This document shows, in pieces, positions 16,920 to 28,166 of a stretch of 64,000 bases of DNA. A program made the translations under genes and the position numbers. How positions within the stretch are numbered: position 1 is the first letter of the stretch; each line of letters opens with the position of its first letter. The notes below the pieces were generated by a model. That model saw only the letters and a program-made list of their open reading frames with translations. It searched no databases and was not told the DNA's origin. The DNA is from an uncultured Candidatus Peribacteria bacterium (GTDB taxonomy: Bacteria > Patescibacteriota > Gracilibacteria > Peribacterales > Peribacteraceae): positions 390,532-454,531 of the forward strand of contig CAZHON010000001.1 of NCBI GenBank assembly GCA_964534565.1, written 5' to 3'.

Positions 16920-19900
16920 ATGCCAACACCAGAAACAAACAACGAACAAAAGAAGCAGGCAACTCCCGAAGTCGCACCAAAAATCCAAACGTTGGATGCC
17001 CTTCGTAAGAGTATTGAGGATCAGCAGAAGACAACGCCTGAAAAAAAGATGGAAGAGATCGTTGCCGATAAGTTGAAGGGGCTGGACGAAGCAAGTCGTG
17101 ACTTGATTCATGACGAAACGAAGGCACTTGAAAAGAAGGATGGAGTGCTCGCGGAGAAATCGATTGAGAAAGAGCTCCTCAAGCAGTTGAATGCTGAGAA
17201 ATTGAATGCAGTGAAAAAGCAATTTGAAGACAGTACAAAGAAGCCCGTCGACGCCGAGAAGAAAGGCATGCTCGATCGTGCGGTCACGTCTTTCCAGGAA
17301 GCAACGAAAGGATACATCCCACAAACAACCGATATGTCCAAGTGGACCGACAAAGAAAAAGTAACAATGGCAACGGTCACATTGGGAATCGCAAGCCTCG
17401 CAGCACTTTGGTATTTCAACCGAAAGGGCGACAAATCAGAAGGGGCAGCAGCAGAAGAGAAAGCTGAAAAGAAGAGTGGCTGGAAGAAACTGTTATGGAT
17501 TCCGGTGATTGGTGCTGCACTCTACTACTTCAAGGACTCAGCACTGTTGTCCGGTATTCAAAACAAACTGAAGGGATGGTTCGGAATGGGGAAAGAGAAG
17601 ATCAAAGAAAAAGCAAAAGATGCGAAGGACGCTGCGAAAGATTTGATCAACGGAAAAGGAGAAGAGTATGGGATTTCGAATGAGGCATATGAAGACGCCG
17701 AGAATCAGTACAGAACTCACGGTCTGAACGCGAAAGATAAGATTGCTTCTATTTTTGGTTTGAAACCCGGAGAAACGAATCCGCAGTTTGAAAAATTCAT
17801 GGAGAAAATGAAAAAGCATGATGCAGAAACTTCTGAAGGTATCAATCGCGTTCCGGCGTCCGTTGCTCTTCGTAACTACGAAAGTCAGTTACAAGACGCC
17901 TTAACAGAGATGGAGAGTTGGGCTGAGGGTCATATATTCGAAATCGGAGTAGCAACCCTTCTTGCTGCTCGATTAGGAATTTTGCAAGCAGTTTTAAGAG
18001 GTGCAGGAACCGTTATTTCTAAATCAGCTCAAATTGGAAAGTTAATGCTTCAATGGGGAATTAAGCATCCGTTTAAATCTTTGTTCTTAGCAGGAGGTGC
18101 ATTCATCGCTTTGAAAGGAATTAAAGACAATGTCTCTTTGCCTGAAAACTTACAGCAATTTTCCAAGGCATGTAAAAACAATCAACCAATTGCAAAGGGA
18201 TCTGCTGATCAATATCAGCAAGCATCGCTCATTTCTCTCAAGGGACATATTGAGGCGTTAGGTGAAATTGGAGATGAATGGGGTCCTTGGATTGGTCAGC
18301 AGTTAGAAAATATATTAGGAGAAGTAGGCAATCAATTGCCCGACATTGTTGGACTTACGCCAGAGGAATTGATTCAAAAAAATAATGCAGAAGGTATTGA
18401 TCAATTGCGCAAAGCATTAACAATGGGAATTGAATCAGTTCGAAGAGATACTGAAAAACGCGACAACGGAGACGGAAAAAAATTCGAGAAGGCAATGGAA
18501 TTACTTGATGCATTTGAAATTGCATTCGTGAATGCACGATGCATCGAACCACCTGACAAAGATGAATCAGATGCAGTATTTGCTGAGCTCACAAAGGCAC
18601 TGGAAGAAGTCGGTATTTCAGTTACTGTGAAAGATGGAATCGTAAAATGGGGAACTGCTTTAGGTGAATGGGATCTTTGTATTGATCCTTCGATTAAAGA
18701 TAAAAATGAGCAGAAAAAATTATCTGAAAAAATCCGTGAGAAAGGAGAAAGTTTTGCCACGCATCTTTTATTTAATGCCATTGATCAAGCACGGGAACGC
18801 CAGCAGCAAGGCATGGAAAAGATCCCCGGCAACAGAGCGCTTGCAATGATTATTGGAAACCTCGTTTATATTGTTGAGGATTGGGATATAAAAGAAGCGG
18901 GAGCAAAAACAATAAATTATATTTGTGTCCCTCTGAATCTTTTTACAGACGCAGTGGGGATTGGTCCTGTAGTCGGAAATGATATGGATAAATCAAACAA
19001 TGCCGTTGAATGGGGTACAAATCTCACAACCGGTTTTTTGACAAGTGCTCTCTTTACGATTAATGCCGCGTGGCTTGCTGCGGCAAAACGTCTTGCTATT
19101 GGTGGAGGACCTCTCCACGCAGGGTGGAAGATGCGTGTTGCAATGAATGTTATTCCAGGATTCTCCCAATACACATTCCTTCGCAGTGCTTACGAAGGAG
19201 CGCAAGATTTCAAAATGATTCAAAAATTCGGACCTTTGTGGGGACGACGTTTGAATAATGCCTTAGCCGCAGCTCACATTCGTCCAGAATGGATTGCACT
19301 CGTAGAAACAGGAACAGAAGCTCAGGTTCTAGATGTTGCTAATAAGTCAGGTGCAAAACTAAGTTTGAATGCAGACTTGCCAACAAAACGTGCGCAATTG
19401 AGAAAGTTCCTTCAGGATTCCATGAAGGTTACAGAAAAACGTTTAGCGGATTTCAAGACATATAAAATCTGGAAATGGGGTAAGGCATGGAGAGGTGGAG
19501 AGATTGCATACCAAAAGGAACTGTATGACATGGTTCTGGCTCACTATGGAAATGCGAAAGAAATTTTAAAGGGAAATGTATTCACAATTAAAGATCTTCA
19601 AAAAGCAGGAATGACAGTGGCAAAATTCTTAAAAGATGGAGTTCCAGTAGATGATTTGTTGAAAGCGGGGATTTCATTAGATGATCTCGTCAAAGCAGGT
19701 GCCAAGATCGATGATCTCCTCAAAGCAGGGAAAACACTTCAAGAAATCATTGCTTCCGGTGCCGGCATTGATGATCTCCTTCGTGCAGGTGTAAAGGAAG
19801 CAGACCTCCTCGCTGCCGGTAAAACTCCGGAAGAAATTGCCAAGGCAATGAAGTCGGTGAAAACCAAAGTCGACGTTGCAAAGACTGTCGATGCCGGAGT

Positions 19901-21713
19901 TGATGTTGCAAAGAATCTCGACGAAGTCGAACGACTGCTTGCAAAAGCAGAAGAGCTTAGAAAGGCGGGAAATCTCGTTGAGGCTGAGAAATTGGCCGCA
20001 CAAGCACACGAAGCTGCAGAGGGAACGCATCGTTCCATTCAGGCCGCACGTGCAGGCGGAAAGGTCGTCGCTCCCGGCGAAATCTCTCGTTTCGGAAAAT
20101 GTGTGAAGGGTTTGAAGGTACTGGCAAAGGCATTCGGATGGGCGCTCAGTCTTGTCGATGTCTACTTTGCATGGGACTACCTCTACAACGAACGCCCTGC
20201 GTTGATGGCGCAGATGGAGCGCGAAACCGACAAGTCAAAGAAAGATCTCATCGAAAGACGTATCACATCGAAAGACGTTGCAACCGGAGTGGATATCGTC
20301 GGTGCGGGGTTGTCAGTCAGTCCACTGTGGCCGGCCGGGTTGATTATCATGGTTGGAAATGCAGGCTACAAGCATTCGATCGGTGCAGTGCACGATGCGG
20401 AGGAGTATCTCACGCAAACGGAAAGCGATTTCAAGAAAATGCCATCAGGCAGAATTTTGAATAGCGTCAGTACGACAACGGCATTGACCGGCCGCAGCTG
20501 GACGAGTGACAAGCTTTTCCAGCTGTACGGGGGTAAACAGGAAATCTTGAACGGAAACACTGCCATTCGCAGTATTGGCTATAGAGGTTACTTCTACCAG
20601 TATGCCGGTGAGAATCTTCCTGTCGCCGTTCCCCAGGATCTGTCAGACGATTTGAAATCCAATCCTGATATTAAAAATCTCCTGAAAAATTTCAACGATT
20701 CACAACGTGCGTATTTCATGACTCTGGCGACTTGCTACATCAGTGAAGTGACGAAGGGCCAATACACACTCGTCACTCCAGAAGTTCTTGAACGAGCAAC
20801 ACGCTATGCATCCGGCATTTGTGCCGAACATCGTCGAGCAATTGCAGCCGGCCGCATTGAGAATGGGGAATTGATTCCTGTTGGATTGAATTATCCATAC
20901 CAGACACTCCCTGTAAATTCCGGGGGAGGTCATGGGGACCTCGTCCGCGACATCGATGCAAAAACACACGAGCAATCCAATAGAGATTGGTCTGTCACGA
21001 AGACGCGATTGGAGATGTTGCAAACGGAACCTGAATTGTTCCAGGCAGAATTCGTCTATCGCATGGTCAATCGAGTTCGCCATAACATTTCCTTGGCTGA
21101 CCAAGCCGCACTGAAGTTAGAAGGAGCCTCTGCGACCAACGCGCGTTATGGTTACGCGAAGGCAGTGAGTGAAACACTGCAGCGTGAACTGAATGCATCC
21201 AAAACAACGCCGTTGACCCAAAGTGATTTCGATCGAATCGTGTCCACGTTGCAGGGAATTCTTAGTGAAAGTGCACAGGTGGTCGCCGAACGTGTTGAAG
21301 GCAGCGTCAATGAAAATGATGCCTATACAATTCGCCGAATCGGAGGCAATGATCTTTTGCTCAGCAGCATGGGAATCTACGAATTCATGAAAAATATTCA
21401 GCCCGAAAAGAGCGAGCAGATGTCTGTGAATGAAAAGAGACAGAAACTCGGGGAGCAGTATCTCCATGGTCTCAATGTGAATGACAATGGCAGCTATTTC
21501 ACGAAGCAATATGGCTTTGTTGGGAACAAATTCATGTACATTCAGTTTGATGAGGCCGCTGGAAAATGGATGGCGCAGTTGGGCGGAAGGGACGCGATGA
21601 AAGATCCTTCCACTTGGCATGTCACAAACTGGGGATGGATTCCTGGTGCAGGAGGAGCAGACAAATATAACGACCTCTTGAGGAATTTGGATGCAATCAA
21701 TAAGAAATCCTAA
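16920..21713 (+). CDS. Giant (1597 aa) multi-pass membrane/surface protein of unknown function
   Basis: K/E-rich coiled-coil-like N-terminus. Hydrophobic segments 'VTLGIASLAALWYF', 'LLWIPVIGAALYYF', 'IGVATLLAARLGILQAVL', 'LTTGFLTSALFTINAAWLAAA', 'FGWALSLVDVYFAWDYL', 'LWPAGLIIMVGNAGY'. Decapeptide repeat block. No recognisable catalytic motif. Confidence 0.8.
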   Translation: MPTPETNNEQKKQATPEVAPKIQTLDALRKSIEDQQKTTPEKKMEEIVADKLKGLDEASRDLIHDETKALEKKDGVLAEKSIEKELLKQLNAEKLNAVKKQFEDSTKKPVDAEKKGMLDRAVTSFQEATKGYIPQTTDMSKWTDKEKVTMATVTLGIASLAALWYFNRKGDKSEGAAAEEKAEKKSGWKKLLWIPVIGAALYYFKDSALLSGIQNKLKGWFGMGKEKIKEKAKDAKDAAKDLINGKGEEYGISNEAYEDAENQYRTHGLNAKDKIASIFGLKPGETNPQFEKFMEKMKKHDAETSEGINRVPASVALRNYESQLQDALTEMESWAEGHIFEIGVATLLAARLGILQAVLRGAGTVISKSAQIGKLMLQWGIKHPFKSLFLAGGAFIALKGIKDNVSLPENLQQFSKACKNNQPIAKGSADQYQQASLISLKGHIEALGEIGDEWGPWIGQQLENILGEVGNQLPDIVGLTPEELIQKNNAEGIDQLRKALTMGIESVRRDTEKRDNGDGKKFEKAMELLDAFEIAFVNARCIEPPDKDESDAVFAELTKALEEVGISVTVKDGIVKWGTALGEWDLCIDPSIKDKNEQKKLSEKIREKGESFATHLLFNAIDQARERQQQGMEKIPGNRALAMIIGNLVYIVEDWDIKEAGAKTINYICVPLNLFTDAVGIGPVVGNDMDKSNNAVEWGTNLTTGFLTSALFTINAAWLAAAKRLAIGGGPLHAGWKMRVAMNVIPGFSQYTFLRSAYEGAQDFKMIQKFGPLWGRRLNNALAAAHIRPEWIALVETGTEAQVLDVANKSGAKLSLNADLPTKRAQLRKFLQDSMKVTEKRLADFKTYKIWKWGKAWRGGEIAYQKELYDMVLAHYGNAKEILKGNVFTIKDLQKAGMTVAKFLKDGVPVDDLLKAGISLDDLVKAGAKIDDLLKAGKTLQEIIASGAGIDDLLRAGVKEADLLAAGKTPEEIAKAMKSVKTKVDVAKTVDAGVDVAKNLDEVERLLAKAEELRKAGNLVEAEKLAAQAHEAAEGTHRSIQAARAGGKVVAPGEISRFGKCVKGLKVLAKAFGWALSLVDVYFAWDYLYNERPALMAQMERETDKSKKDLIERRITSKDVATGVDIVGAGLSVSPLWPAGLIIMVGNAGYKHSIGAVHDAEEYLTQTESDFKKMPSGRILNSVSTTTALTGRSWTSDKLFQLYGGKQEILNGNTAIRSIGYRGYFYQYAGENLPVAVPQDLSDDLKSNPDIKNLLKNFNDSQRAYFMTLATCYISEVTKGQYTLVTPEVLERATRYASGICAEHRRAIAAGRIENGELIPVGLNYPYQTLPVNSGGGHGDLVRDIDAKTHEQSNRDWSVTKTRLEMLQTEPELFQAEFVYRMVNRVRHNISLADQAALKLEGASATNARYGYAKAVSETLQRELNASKTTPLTQSDFDRIVSTLQGILSESAQVVAERVEGSVNENDAYTIRRIGGNDLLLSSMGIYEFMKNIQPEKSEQMSVNEKRQKLGEQYLHGLNVNDNGSYFTKQYGFVGNKFMYIQFDEAAGKWMAQLGGRDAMKDPSTWHVTNWGWIPGAGGADKYNDLLRNLDAINKKS
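19587..19850 (+). repeat. About 8-9 tandem 10-codon repeats, consensus xxxDDLLKAG, inside the giant ORF
   Basis: 'IKDLQKAG MTVAKFLKDG VPVDDLLKAG ISLDDLVKAG AKIDDLLKAG KTLQEIIASG AGIDDLLRAG VKEADLLAAG KTPEEIAKAM'. Confidence 0.9.
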
Positions 21714-21808
21714 TCACCCTGACCACTATTAGGAACTTCGTCTACGTCCTCCTCGTGACTCAGTTGCGGGGAGGCGTAGAATAGATGGGTATTTTTTGAC
21801 CCATCTTC

Positions 21809-23404
21809 ATGTTTTCCACTTCGTCATTTCGTTCATTTGCCGTCAGCGCCGTTTGTGTGCTGACACTTGCTCCCGTCTCTGCTTTTGCAGCGCAAGAAGA
21901 GGGGATCACGCGCGGAGCGTTCCTTCAAGGTGCAGTCAGTGCGTTCGACATCATGTCGACGGAAGGAAAGTTGCCGTACAAGCGTGTTCCCGCAGGCATT
22001 CGTCCTGCGGTACAGGCCGCGTATGACGAAGGAGCAATGGGGGCGTTCAAAGAGAAGGAAGTGCAGTTTGGCCGCACAATCACTCGTGGAGAAGCAGCGT
22101 ACGTCATCGCCGCTCTTTCCCTCACACCTGCCCCAAGCGACAACATCAAAACATTCACCGATGTGAAAGAGGGGAGTGACATGTCGAAGGCGGTGAATAT
22201 CGTGCTGCAGAAAAACTGGATGCGTGCACTGCGTCCGAAGTTATTCGGAGTGAATCAACCGCTCACCACATCGGAAGCGACTCTTCTCTTCAAGCGTATT
22301 CGTCAAAGTCGCGGAATCGATTCCTCCACACCGACCGTTAAAATTCGTTTGAACCCCAAGACCAGTACGGGAACGGTCCAGAACCAAGTCCTTGATGCGG
22401 TTTGGAATTTGATGAATCGAGAGTACCTCTACAAGGATCGTCTCAAGGATTCCAAGGAGAACTTCCCCGCAACCGATGCTCTCGTGAAGAGCGTAAAAGA
22501 CCCCTACACCGTGTACATGCCTCCATCGGAAGCGAAGCAGTTCCACGATCAAATCCAGGGTGAAGTGACGGGAATCGGCGTGCAAGTGGAAGCAAACGAA
22601 GCGGGACTTCTTATTATGGCGCCTCTCCCGGGCTCTCCTGCAGAAGGAGCCGGCTTGAAGGCGGGAGACATCATCACCCAGGTGAACGATGACTCCTTGA
22701 AAGGAGTGTCCTACCAAGATGCCGTCATGAAAGTCCGCGGGCCCAAAGGTTCGACGGTGAAGCTCCGCGTGCTTCGCAATGGAAATGAGATGCTGTTCAC
22801 GGTCACGCGCGACACGGTGAAGGTTCCCGAGATTTCTCTCACCATGACCGACCGCAACGTTGCGATTTTGAAGGTGAGTCAGTTCGGAGATGCGACAGAC
22901 AAGCAGATTCGTGCAAAGTTGCAGGAAGCGAAGGATAAATCCCCCAAGGGAGTGATCATCGATCTTCGCAACAACCCGGGTGGACTCCTCCATGCTGCAG
23001 ATGAAATGGTCAGCGCGTTCGTCCCCAACGGCTCTGTGGTGGCAAATATTCACACACGAGAAAGCGCGTACACCGAGGTCACCACCGAAGAACCGATCTT
23101 CGATTCCCTCACTCCTCTCTACATTCTGGTGAACAAGGGGTCCGCCAGCGCCTCCGAAATCGTGGCCGGAGCACTCCAAGATTACAAGCGTGCGACGCTG
23201 ATCGGGACGACGACATTCGGAAAAGGAACGGTCCAGCAAGTCATCGAATTCAAGGATGGTTCCAGTCTTAAAATGACGATTGCTGAGTGGAAAACGCCTC
23301 AGGATCGCAAAATTGACGGCATTGGAGTCATTCCGGACACGCCGGTCGACAGTACGAATAATCCCGATGCCGCCCTGCAGCGAGCGCTGGATCTGCTGCA
23401 CTAG
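21809..23404 (+). CDS. S41 carboxy-terminal processing peptidase with N-terminal SLH-like modules and a PDZ domain
   Basis: Signal peptide 'FAVSAVCVLTLAPVSAFA'; SLH-like 'FTDVKEGSDMSKAVNIVLQKNWM'; PDZ 'GSPAEGAGLKAGDIITQVND'; 'IIDLRNNPGGLL', 'LVNKGSASASEIVAGALQD'. Confidence 0.9.
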   Translation: MFSTSSFRSFAVSAVCVLTLAPVSAFAAQEEGITRGAFLQGAVSAFDIMSTEGKLPYKRVPAGIRPAVQAAYDEGAMGAFKEKEVQFGRTITRGEAAYVIAALSLTPAPSDNIKTFTDVKEGSDMSKAVNIVLQKNWMRALRPKLFGVNQPLTTSEATLLFKRIRQSRGIDSSTPTVKIRLNPKTSTGTVQNQVLDAVWNLMNREYLYKDRLKDSKENFPATDALVKSVKDPYTVYMPPSEAKQFHDQIQGEVTGIGVQVEANEAGLLIMAPLPGSPAEGAGLKAGDIITQVNDDSLKGVSYQDAVMKVRGPKGSTVKLRVLRNGNEMLFTVTRDTVKVPEISLTMTDRNVAILKVSQFGDATDKQIRAKLQEAKDKSPKGVIIDLRNNPGGLLHAADEMVSAFVPNGSVVANIHTRESAYTEVTTEEPIFDSLTPLYILVNKGSASASEIVAGALQDYKRATLIGTTTFGKGTVQQVIEFKDGSSLKMTIAEWKTPQDRKIDGIGVIPDTPVDSTNNPDAALQRALDLLH

Positions 23405-23455
23405 GATGAATTCACTTGCAATCAGGCTTTTCCTCACTTACTCTGCCCCGGCTCT

Positions 23456-23671
23456 ATGGCTATTCACGCCCACCGCAAACCCGAAGAAAGCAACGATCGC
23501 CTTCAACAGCGATTCAAGCAACAGGTCCAGAAGTCTGGACTGGTAAAGATGATGCGTGAGCGTTCCATTCGCCAGAAGAAGATGAACACACGTCTGCAGC
23601 GCAAGCGCGCATTGCACCGTGAAGAGATGCGCACCGCCAACCGCAAGAAGCGGTTCTACTCCAACATGTAA
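23456..23671 (+). CDS. rpsU: 30S ribosomal protein S21
   Basis: 71 aa, highly basic. 'ESNDRLQQRFKQQVQKSGLVKMMRERSIRQKKMNTRLQRKRA'. Confidence 0.85.
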   Translation: MAIHAHRKPEESNDRLQQRFKQQVQKSGLVKMMRERSIRQKKMNTRLQRKRALHREEMRTANRKKRFYSNM

Positions 23672-23675
23672 TTAG

Positions 23676-23702
23676 AAGGGACCCGAAAGGGTCCCTTTTT
23701 TG
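23676..23702 (+). terminator. Rho-independent terminator of rpsU
   Basis: GGGACCC(23678-23684)-gaaa-GGGTCCC(23689-23695) followed by TTTTTTG. Confidence 0.8.
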
Positions 23703-23710
23703 TTTCGTGA

Positions 23711-23807
23711 AAGGAAACCTACGGTTTCCTCTCACGTACTCTCCTTCCCTTCAAAGGAGTCCTCCAGCGTCGGGGCCCGCGAGACCCAACGCTTCGGACG
23801 GTTTTTT
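23711..23807 (+). repeat. Copy B of the approximately 95-nt multi-hairpin intergenic element (copy A at 6788-6880)
   Basis: Same three hairpins in the same order and orientation. Ends in GGACGGTTTTTTT. Confidence 0.8.
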
Positions 23808-23933
23808 TGCTTCAGCACGGTTTATAAGCGGTGCTTCATTTGTCAGTTCGAGCGGAGCGAGAACTTTCTGCAATAGTAAAGGTATCCCTCTCGACAGTGT
23901 GGAGAGGGATGGATTGTTCGATCATGCTCCGTA

Positions 23934-24236
23934 TTAGGAGGCTTTTAGTGTCGGAATTGGCAGAATATGTTTTCGAACGTATTTTTCTACCTTTTCTCGA
24001 ACGCGTATCCATTTTTCATTTTTGCTGACTCGTATCAGCTTGAACCGTTCAAGCCCTAAGATGAACTGCACTCCGGCTACATCGTCATTTGGAAAATACT
24101 TTTCTGCAACGTCGTCCAACTTTCCTTTTGTTTGACCGGGTTCTGAATCTTGAATCCATAGAAAGAACGATCGGTTGAACGAGGCATTAAAGTTGATCTT
24201 CATAGACAACAAGAGTTTTCGTTTCTTCTTTTTCAC
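23934..24236 (-). CDS. Hypothetical small basic protein (orphan)
   Basis: 100-aa ORF filling the gap, divergent from gyrB across an AT-rich spacer. No family recognised. Confidence 0.4.
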   Translation of the reverse strand: MKKKKRKLLLSMKINFNASFNRSFFLWIQDSEPGQTKGKLDDVAEKYFPNDDVAGVQFILGLERFKLIRVSKNEKWIRVREKVEKYVRKHILPIPTLKAS

Positions 24237-24374
24237 ACGTTTCCCTTTCGAAGAATTGTTTAAGGAGCATCAGAAAATCGAACAGTCTAAATCTATATAT
24301 TTAGTGAATTCTGTCAAATACAATGTACAGTTTTGGCTTCAATAAGCAGTGGAAAATGACAGAGAAGTCAGTAA

Positions 24375-26431
<2,057 letters not shown>

Positions 26432-26432
<1 letters not shown>

Positions 26433-26617
26433 TGTCAGGCGAGCGAAGCGAAACCACGTCTGAAGATGTTTCGGTCCCTACGCGCGACAAACTTCCTGTC
26501 GAATTGCGAGAGGGGATTTTGAAAATGGCTCGATGTGTATTGCATGGAGGAGCGGATCCAAACGAACAACAAACCGTCTCGCCGTTTCTCGCAAGATCGC
26601 AAATAATCGAACAGTAA
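26432..26617 (+). CDS. Possible 61-aa ORF translationally coupled (TAATG) to gyrB
   Basis: The ATG overlaps the gyrB stop by 1 nt. The ORF exactly fills the 186-bp gap up to the convergent hisS stop. No homology recognised. Confidence 0.3.
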
Positions 26618-26618
26618 T

Positions 26619-27956
26619 TTACTCGTCTCCGAGGTGATCCTTGAGCACGTAGGTGTCGAGGTTCTTCGAACCAAGGAGCTTGATGACCGTTGGCACAACG
26701 CTCTTGAGAGGCATTTCCTTCTGCTTTCCTGCCTTCATGTCGCGCAGGATGATCTTGTCCTTCAAGACCTCCATCTTTCCAAGGAGCAATGTGTAGCGAG
26801 CCTCGAATTTATCTGCCAAGCGCATCTGGCTCTTCAAACTTGCTTCGCCGAGTGCTCCGACAGTGTGCACTCCTTTATTGCGCAAATCGGTGATGAGCTG
26901 GAGACAGGTCTTCTTTGCCTCTGGGCCAAGCTGTGCCACGAAGACATCGATTTGATCCTTGTTTGGAGCCACAATTCCAGCCTCCTTCATGTGCCAAATG
27001 ATGCGCTCGATACCGAATGCGCAACCGACTCCTGGGGTTGGGTGACCGCCCAATTTCTCAACGAGAGCGTCGTAGCGACCTCCTCCTCCGACCGCATTCT
27101 GTGCGCCTGCACTCTTGTCCCAGAACTCGAACACTGTCTGCGTGTAGTAGTCGAGTCCGCGGATGAGTCCCGTGTTCTCCACGAAGGAAATGTTCAGCGT
27201 GTTGAGGTAGTCGAGCAACGTCTCGTGGTACTGCTTGCTCTCGTCGTTCACGAACTGTGCGAGTGTTGGCGCCTGCTTGAGGAGAATTTGCGTGTCTTCT
27301 TCTTTACTGTCGAGAAGGCGAAGGGGATTCGTTTCCAAGCGACGACGATCGAGTTCGGGAAGGTGACGTTCCTTTCCTGTGAAGTGGTCCTTCAGCGCAA
27401 CAACGAATGCAGCGCGATTCTCTGCCGTTCCGATGTTATTGATCTGCAATGTGAGGCGATCGAGAATATGCAAATCGTGCAGAATGTTCGTAACTACCTG
27501 AATCATCTGCACATCCAAACTCGGATCTTTGAGACCAATCACTTCAAAGTCGAACTGGTGGAATTGACGATAACGTCCTTTCTGCGGGCGGTCGTGACGG
27601 AAACATGGACCGATGGCATACAGCTCCACAGGTTGAGGAAGCAGGTGCATGCCGTGTTCGATGTACGAACGGCAAATTCCTGCAGTCAACTCTGGGCGAA
27701 GAGCGAATTCAGATTCATCTTCTGCAGCTGCAGCTTTTGATTGTACGAGATAGAGTTCCTTCTCCACGATATCGGTGTGGTCTCCTATGCCACGCTCAAA
27801 AATGGAACGCTGTTCAAAGATTGGCGTATCGATGCGCTTATAGCCCGCCTGACGTGCACGGTGACGTACGGCTTTTTTGATATACGTGTGATATTGATGG
27901 TCTTCAGGAAGAACATCGTGCGTGCCTTTGGGTGTGCGGTATTGGGCTTCGGACAT
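26619..27956 (-). CDS. hisS: Histidine--tRNA ligase
   Basis: 'PKGTHDVLPED', 'YKRIDTPIFEQRSIFERGIG', 'ALRPELTAGICRSY', 'GPCFRHDRPQKGRYRQFHQFDFEV', 'GGGRYDALV'. Confidence 0.95.
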   Translation of the reverse strand: MSEAQYRTPKGTHDVLPEDHQYHTYIKKAVRHRARQAGYKRIDTPIFEQRSIFERGIGDHTDIVEKELYLVQSKAAAAEDESEFALRPELTAGICRSYIEHGMHLLPQPVELYAIGPCFRHDRPQKGRYRQFHQFDFEVIGLKDPSLDVQMIQVVTNILHDLHILDRLTLQINNIGTAENRAAFVVALKDHFTGKERHLPELDRRRLETNPLRLLDSKEEDTQILLKQAPTLAQFVNDESKQYHETLLDYLNTLNISFVENTGLIRGLDYYTQTVFEFWDKSAGAQNAVGGGGRYDALVEKLGGHPTPGVGCAFGIERIIWHMKEAGIVAPNKDQIDVFVAQLGPEAKKTCLQLITDLRNKGVHTVGALGEASLKSQMRLADKFEARYTLLLGKMEVLKDKIILRDMKAGKQKEMPLKSVVPTVIKLLGSKNLDTYVLKDHLGDE

Positions 27957-28030
27957 ACAAAAGACGTGTGTGGGCTTGATAGTACCACTGGCTAATCAAA
28001 GCCGCAAAGCTCGATTATGTATCAATTTGA

Positions 28031-28108
28031 TGGGGCGATCGATGGGACTCGAACCCACGACCCTCTGGACCACAACCAGATGCTCTAACCAACTGAGCTA
28101 CGATCGCC
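28031..28108 (-). tRNA. tRNA-His: tRNA-His (anticodon GUG) with encoded G-1:C73 pair and encoded CCA
   Basis: The reverse complement folds as a cloverleaf: g(-1) GCGATCG ta GCTC agttggtta GAGC a TCTGG ttGTGgt CCAGA gggtc GTGGG ttcgagt CCCAT CGATCGC c cca. Confidence 0.9.
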
Positions 28109-28166
28109 ATGCAAAACAGCAGTGCACGGGATTCTAACGATGTGCGTTCCTCAGCACCAGCCTTTC

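Noticed and set aside
22241-23437. 398-aa minus-strand ORF opposite the S41 peptidase
   Set aside because: The plus-strand frame has PDZ and S41 catalytic motifs. The antisense frame has none.
23934-24236. Toxin-antitoxin interpretation of the 100-aa basic ORF
   Set aside because: There is no adjacent partner ORF and no recognisable toxin or antitoxin fold motif.
26634-27740. 368-aa plus-strand ORF opposite hisS
   Set aside because: The hisS frame carries all class II HisRS motifs. This is an antisense shadow ORF.
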